In this document: in pieces, positions 47,496 through 50,617 of the stretch
Layout of the letters: every line of letters starts with the position of its first letter
Position numbering within the stretch: the first letter of the stretch is position 1
Assembly: GCA_051532055.1 (NCBI GenBank)
Contig: JAOPTX010000049.1
Location: 38,664 to 89,280 of the forward strand
DNA length: 50,617 nucleotides
Direction of reading: 5' to 3'
From: Fibrobacterales bacterium
GTDB lineage: Bacteria; Fibrobacterota; Fibrobacteria; Fibrobacterales; JAOPTW01
Program-made: the position numbers and the translations under genes
Notes under the pieces: model-generated
What the model was told of the DNA's origin: nothing
What the model saw: only the letters and a program-made list of their open reading frames with translations
The model's database searches: none

Positions 47496-48164
47496 CTACG
47501 TGAGTTGACTTATGATATACTGTTTCACTTCTTCAATTTCGTGAGGATGAATGCTGTGTTCCATTGGGAATTCAGTAAGAGTTACGGAATATCCACCTTT
47601 TGTAATAGCATCAATTGACTCTTTAGCAAGCCGAAGAGGGACAATAGGGTCTTGGCTTCCGTGTCCCCAATATATAGGCACATTCTTATTTATTGCTGAT
47701 GTCGAGAGGTTGAGTACTGAGGAAACGCCAAGATATGTAGACATTGCAATGATACCACCCAGTTTAACAGGGTATTTTAGAGCGGTATGGAGTGCTACAG
47801 CCCCACCTTGAGAAAACCCGGCAAGGATAATGCGGTCTGCTGAAATACCACTTTCTATTTCATCTTGAATAATGTCTGAAATTTGTTGACTTGATTCTTC
47901 AATTCCTGCTTCATCTATTTTTCTACCAAGATTTGCTTCTAATATGTCGTACCATGCCGGCATAACCATACCGCCATTTATAGTAACGGGCAGTTGCGGT
48001 GCGTGGGGGAATATGAATTTAATGCCAAGTGCTGGGTCTACGTTCATCTCTTCTGCAATAGGTTCATGCCCAAAGCCGCTATCACCAAGGCCGTGAAGCC
48101 AAATAATGGTTGCTGTGTGTGTTGGAGATGTTTTTTTTTCAATACATTGAAGAGGGGTTGGCAT
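47496..48164 (-). CDS. Phospholipase/carboxylesterase (alpha/beta hydrolase)
   Basis: IIWLHGLGDSG, FPHAP...TINGG..MPAWYDI, nucleophile GFSQGG, HGSQD.IV, MEHS. Confidence 0.95.
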   Translation of the reverse strand: MPTPLQCIEKKTSPTHTATIIWLHGLGDSGFGHEPIAEEMNVDPALGIKFIFPHAPQLPVTINGGMVMPAWYDILEANLGRKIDEAGIEESSQQISDIIQDEIESGISADRIILAGFSQGGAVALHTALKYPVKLGGIIAMSTYLGVSSVLNLSTSAINKNVPIYWGHGSQDPIVPLRLAKESIDAITKGGYSVTLTEFPMEHSIHPHEIEEVKQYIISQLT

Positions 48165-48374
48165 AGTGCTACTCGGTTGATCAGGTATAGATGGTTATTA
48201 AAGTTAGTAATTCTAGTGGGTAACACTAGGCTATTCAAATCCTTTTTCAAGTCAGGAATTCGTCTGTTGAGTGTAGTGGTTTGTAATAATCAACACAATT
48301 TGCGGCTGAGCTCTCGTATGTGTTGTGTTCTGCCCCAAAATACTTATGTTATGCTCAGATCAAGAAGGGCGCAC

Positions 48375-49484
48375 ATGATTATCAGAAAAATTCTTTATAT
48401 ACCACTCATCGTTAGTTTGTTTCACTGTACTGAACCTATGGGTGAGATAGGGGCCCAGAATGAGAGTTCTCAAGTTGAGGGGTCGAGTGAGGGTGATGAC
48501 GCACTCTGTTCTGAAGGAAGCCTCGGTGGAATGAGTCATTCAAGTAGTTTTATGAGTAGCTCAAGTGAAAGGACTTCTTCTTCTTCTTCTTCTTCTTCTT
48601 CTCTGGGTGAATCATCACAAATGAGTTCGAATCACGATACTGTGAGTTCGAGTGAAGTGATGGTGAGTTCTTCATCGGGTGGAGGTGAGAGTAGTGTTAT
48701 GAGCTCTTCTATGAGTGTCTCTTCTTCAGTGGTTGCAGTATCGTCCTCAACGGTTTCGAGTAGTTCTATCGCGAGTTCATCATCTGAGGCTGAGACGGTT
48801 GGACCGTTACGTGTGTTGTTGTTTCATAAAACAGAGGGCTGGGAGCATGGTTCTATTGGTACTGGTGTATCAATGGTACATACTTTAGCGTCTACATATG
48901 ATTTTGTGGTTCATGATACTAAGGATGCGTCGGTGTTTAACGATACTTTTCTTGATACTATTGATGTAGTGTATTTTTTAAATACTACGAAGGATGTGCT
49001 GAATGGAAATCAGGAAGATGCGCTGAAACGGTTTATTGAATCAGACAAAGGCTTTGTGGGTAATCATGCGGCGACTGATACGGAGTATGATTGGGATTAT
49101 TATACTGAACTTGTTGGGACACGGTTTAAGAGTCATCCTGATAATATGCAGGAAACAAATTTGATTCCTTTGGGAGAAGCACATCCCGCTACTGATCATA
49201 TTGCTGATACGATTTGGATACGAGAAGAGTGTTATAATTTCCAAGGAGTGCCCAATAGTGACTTTACGTTGCTTTTAGAATATGATGAGTCTAAATACGA
49301 TGCGGGTAATGATGCAATGGGGTTTCATCCTATGACGTGGTATCGTGAGCTTAATCCGGGGCGGAGCTTTTATACGGCTCTTGGACATGCGGATGCAATG
49401 TATGGGAATGATTTTTTTAAACGGATGATGCTGAATGCGTTGTTTTGGGCTGGGGGGCGTGATGTTCCTGTTTGGGAAGGGTGA
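48375..49484 (+). CDS. ThuA-like (class I glutamine amidotransferase fold) domain lipoprotein with poly-Ser linker
   Basis: Start ATG 48375 with signal ending LFH-C; Ser-rich spacer; RVLLFHKT.GWEH.SI, FLNTT, GFVGNHAATDT, RSFYTALGH. Confidence 0.88.
   Translation: MIIRKILYIPLIVSLFHCTEPMGEIGAQNESSQVEGSSEGDDALCSEGSLGGMSHSSSFMSSSSERTSSSSSSSSSLGESSQMSSNHDTVSSSEVMVSSSSGGGESSVMSSSMSVSSSVVAVSSSTVSSSSIASSSSEAETVGPLRVLLFHKTEGWEHGSIGTGVSMVHTLASTYDFVVHDTKDASVFNDTFLDTIDVVYFLNTTKDVLNGNQEDALKRFIESDKGFVGNHAATDTEYDWDYYTELVGTRFKSHPDNMQETNLIPLGEAHPATDHIADTIWIREECYNFQGVPNSDFTLLLEYDESKYDAGNDAMGFHPMTWYRELNPGRSFYTALGHADAMYGNDFFKRMMLNALFWAGGRDVPVWEG
48576..48602 (+). repeat. (TCT)9 in-frame trinucleotide microsatellite
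   Basis: Nine perfect TCT codons encoding Ser9 in the linker. Confidence 0.9.
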
Positions 49485-49502
49485 ATTTTAGGTTGAGTAA
49501 CC

Positions 49503-50617
49503 CTAAGGCTCCTCAAGCACAGGTAAATATACATGAAAGGTAGTACCTTCATTAACTTTCGAATCTACCTCAATAGTACCATTATGACGAATCACAATTG
49601 AATAACACATTGCGAGACCAAGGCCATGGCCACAAGACTTGGTGGTAAAAAAAGGATCAAAAATTTTGGCAAGCGTATCAGGGGGGATGCCAATACCGTG
49701 GTCGCTCATAGAAAGCTTAATATACTTCCCTGGCATTAGCACTACGTGTTCATTTTCTTGAATAATCGTGTTGGCTGCGGTAACGACAACCTCACCGCCA
49801 TCGGGCATGGCTTGTGTCGCATTAATGATGAGGTTATCAATGACTTGGCCTATTTGATTTTGGTCAAAGCTGCACATCCATAGGTCTTCAGGCACATAAT
49901 AATGACATGATATATTAGAACCACTCAGATTAAATGCTATGGTTTCTTGAATGAACGGGAATAAAGAGTTTGATTTTTTAATGGGGCCACCGCCTTTTGA
50001 GAAGGTGATGAGTTGCTGGGTAAGAGCTTTTGTTCGTTCTATAGGGTTTAATGCTTTCGTAAGATAGCTACCAACTTTGTCGTCTTTATTGTGGGAGAGG
50101 GCAAGTTGTAGAAATCCAAAAATACCCGAAAGGAGGTTGTTGAAATCATGGGCAATACCTCCTGCAAGAATACCTAATGATTGTAATTTAAGAGCATTTT
50201 GAAGCGCTTCCTCAGTCTTTTTGTGTTGGGTAATATCACTCAGTGTGATGTTACATCGTTGAAGGGCGTTAGATTCCTCTTCTACTGTGGCATCAATACG
50301 AACCCATATACACATTCCATCTTTTGTAACTAATCTGAGTTCTTGAAAATTGAGTGTATTGTTACTCGTGAGTTTCTGTTTATTAAGATAATAGGTATCT
50401 TGGTCTTCTGAGTAAATAAATTGTGTAATGGCTTTGTTGAGCAGTTCTTGTCTGGTTATTCCGATCATAGTAGCGAAGGTAAGGTTCGCCTCGGTAATAA
50501 GACCCTCTGCATTAATAGTGATATATCCTACGGGGGCGAGGTCATAGAGTTCAAAATAGCGTTCCCGTGACCGAGCTATCTCGGTATGGGCACTACGGAG
50601 CTCTTCATTTTGCATTT
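49503..50617 (-). CDS. PAS-domain sensor histidine kinase (probably 5'-truncated by the window edge)
   Basis: PAS (LYDLAPVGY..EAN), H-box AGGIAHDFNNLL, N-box NLIINA, D.G.GI, FDPFFTTK, GHGLGL. Confidence 0.93.
   Translation of the reverse strand, partial: MQNEELRSAHTEIARSRERYFELYDLAPVGYITINAEGLITEANLTFATMIGITRQELLNKAITQFIYSEDQDTYYLNKQKLTSNNTLNFQELRLVTKDGMCIWVRIDATVEEESNALQRCNITLSDITQHKKTEEALQNALKLQSLGILAGGIAHDFNNLLSGIFGFLQLALSHNKDDKVGSYLTKALNPIERTKALTQQLITFSKGGGPIKKSNSLFPFIQETIAFNLSGSNISCHYYVPEDLWMCSFDQNQIGQVIDNLIINATQAMPDGGEVVVTAANTIIQENEHVVLMPGKYIKLSMSDHGIGIPPDTLAKIFDPFFTTKSCGHGLGLAMCYSIVIRHNGTIEVDSKVNEGTTFHVYLPVLEEP

Noticed and set aside
48158..48173. 13-mer TTGGCATAGTGCT identical to the flgF sigma54 promoter
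   Set aside because: It lacks the -12 GC dinucleotide and overlaps the esterase start codon; probably coincidence.
47994..48374. 127-codon N-terminal extension of the ThuA ORF in the ORF track
   Set aside because: It overlaps the esterase gene on the opposite strand and looks non-protein-like; the signal peptide begins at ATG 48375.

Overview
A 50.6-kb, AT-rich chromosomal segment from a diderm bacterium, most likely Fibrobacterota. That placement is an inference from a TIGR02147-family gene, a poly-Ser lipoprotein, FCB-style RpoZ/LptD and futalosine-pathway mqnB/mqnD. Housekeeping content includes hisB, a rodZ-like gene, maf, lptD, rpoZ, tRNA-Ser(GGA), tRNA-fMet, malic enzyme, sufE and mqnBD. 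Motility content includes pilT-pilC, flgM with a sigma28 promoter, cheX, and flgFGAHI with a sigma54 promoter. Two surface systems stand out. The first is a four-gene type IV minor-pilin operon whose PilX-like subunit (1344 aa) carries two ricin-type lectin domains and two further CBM-like modules, with no pilY1 in the operon. The second is a ~4,000-aa subtilase built as protease + FG-GAP domain + three (CBM32 + 8-10 Ig repeats) blocks + CBM4/9, with two nested domain insertions. Smaller oddities are a probable ATT start codon for malic enzyme, a 270-bp GC-rich palindromic element, a structured tRNA-fMet trailer, a Cys-tailed 75-aa microprotein and dense D-S/T motifs in exported proteins. No CRISPR array, transposase or integrase was seen. 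All domain calls come from motifs recognised by eye, not from database searches.
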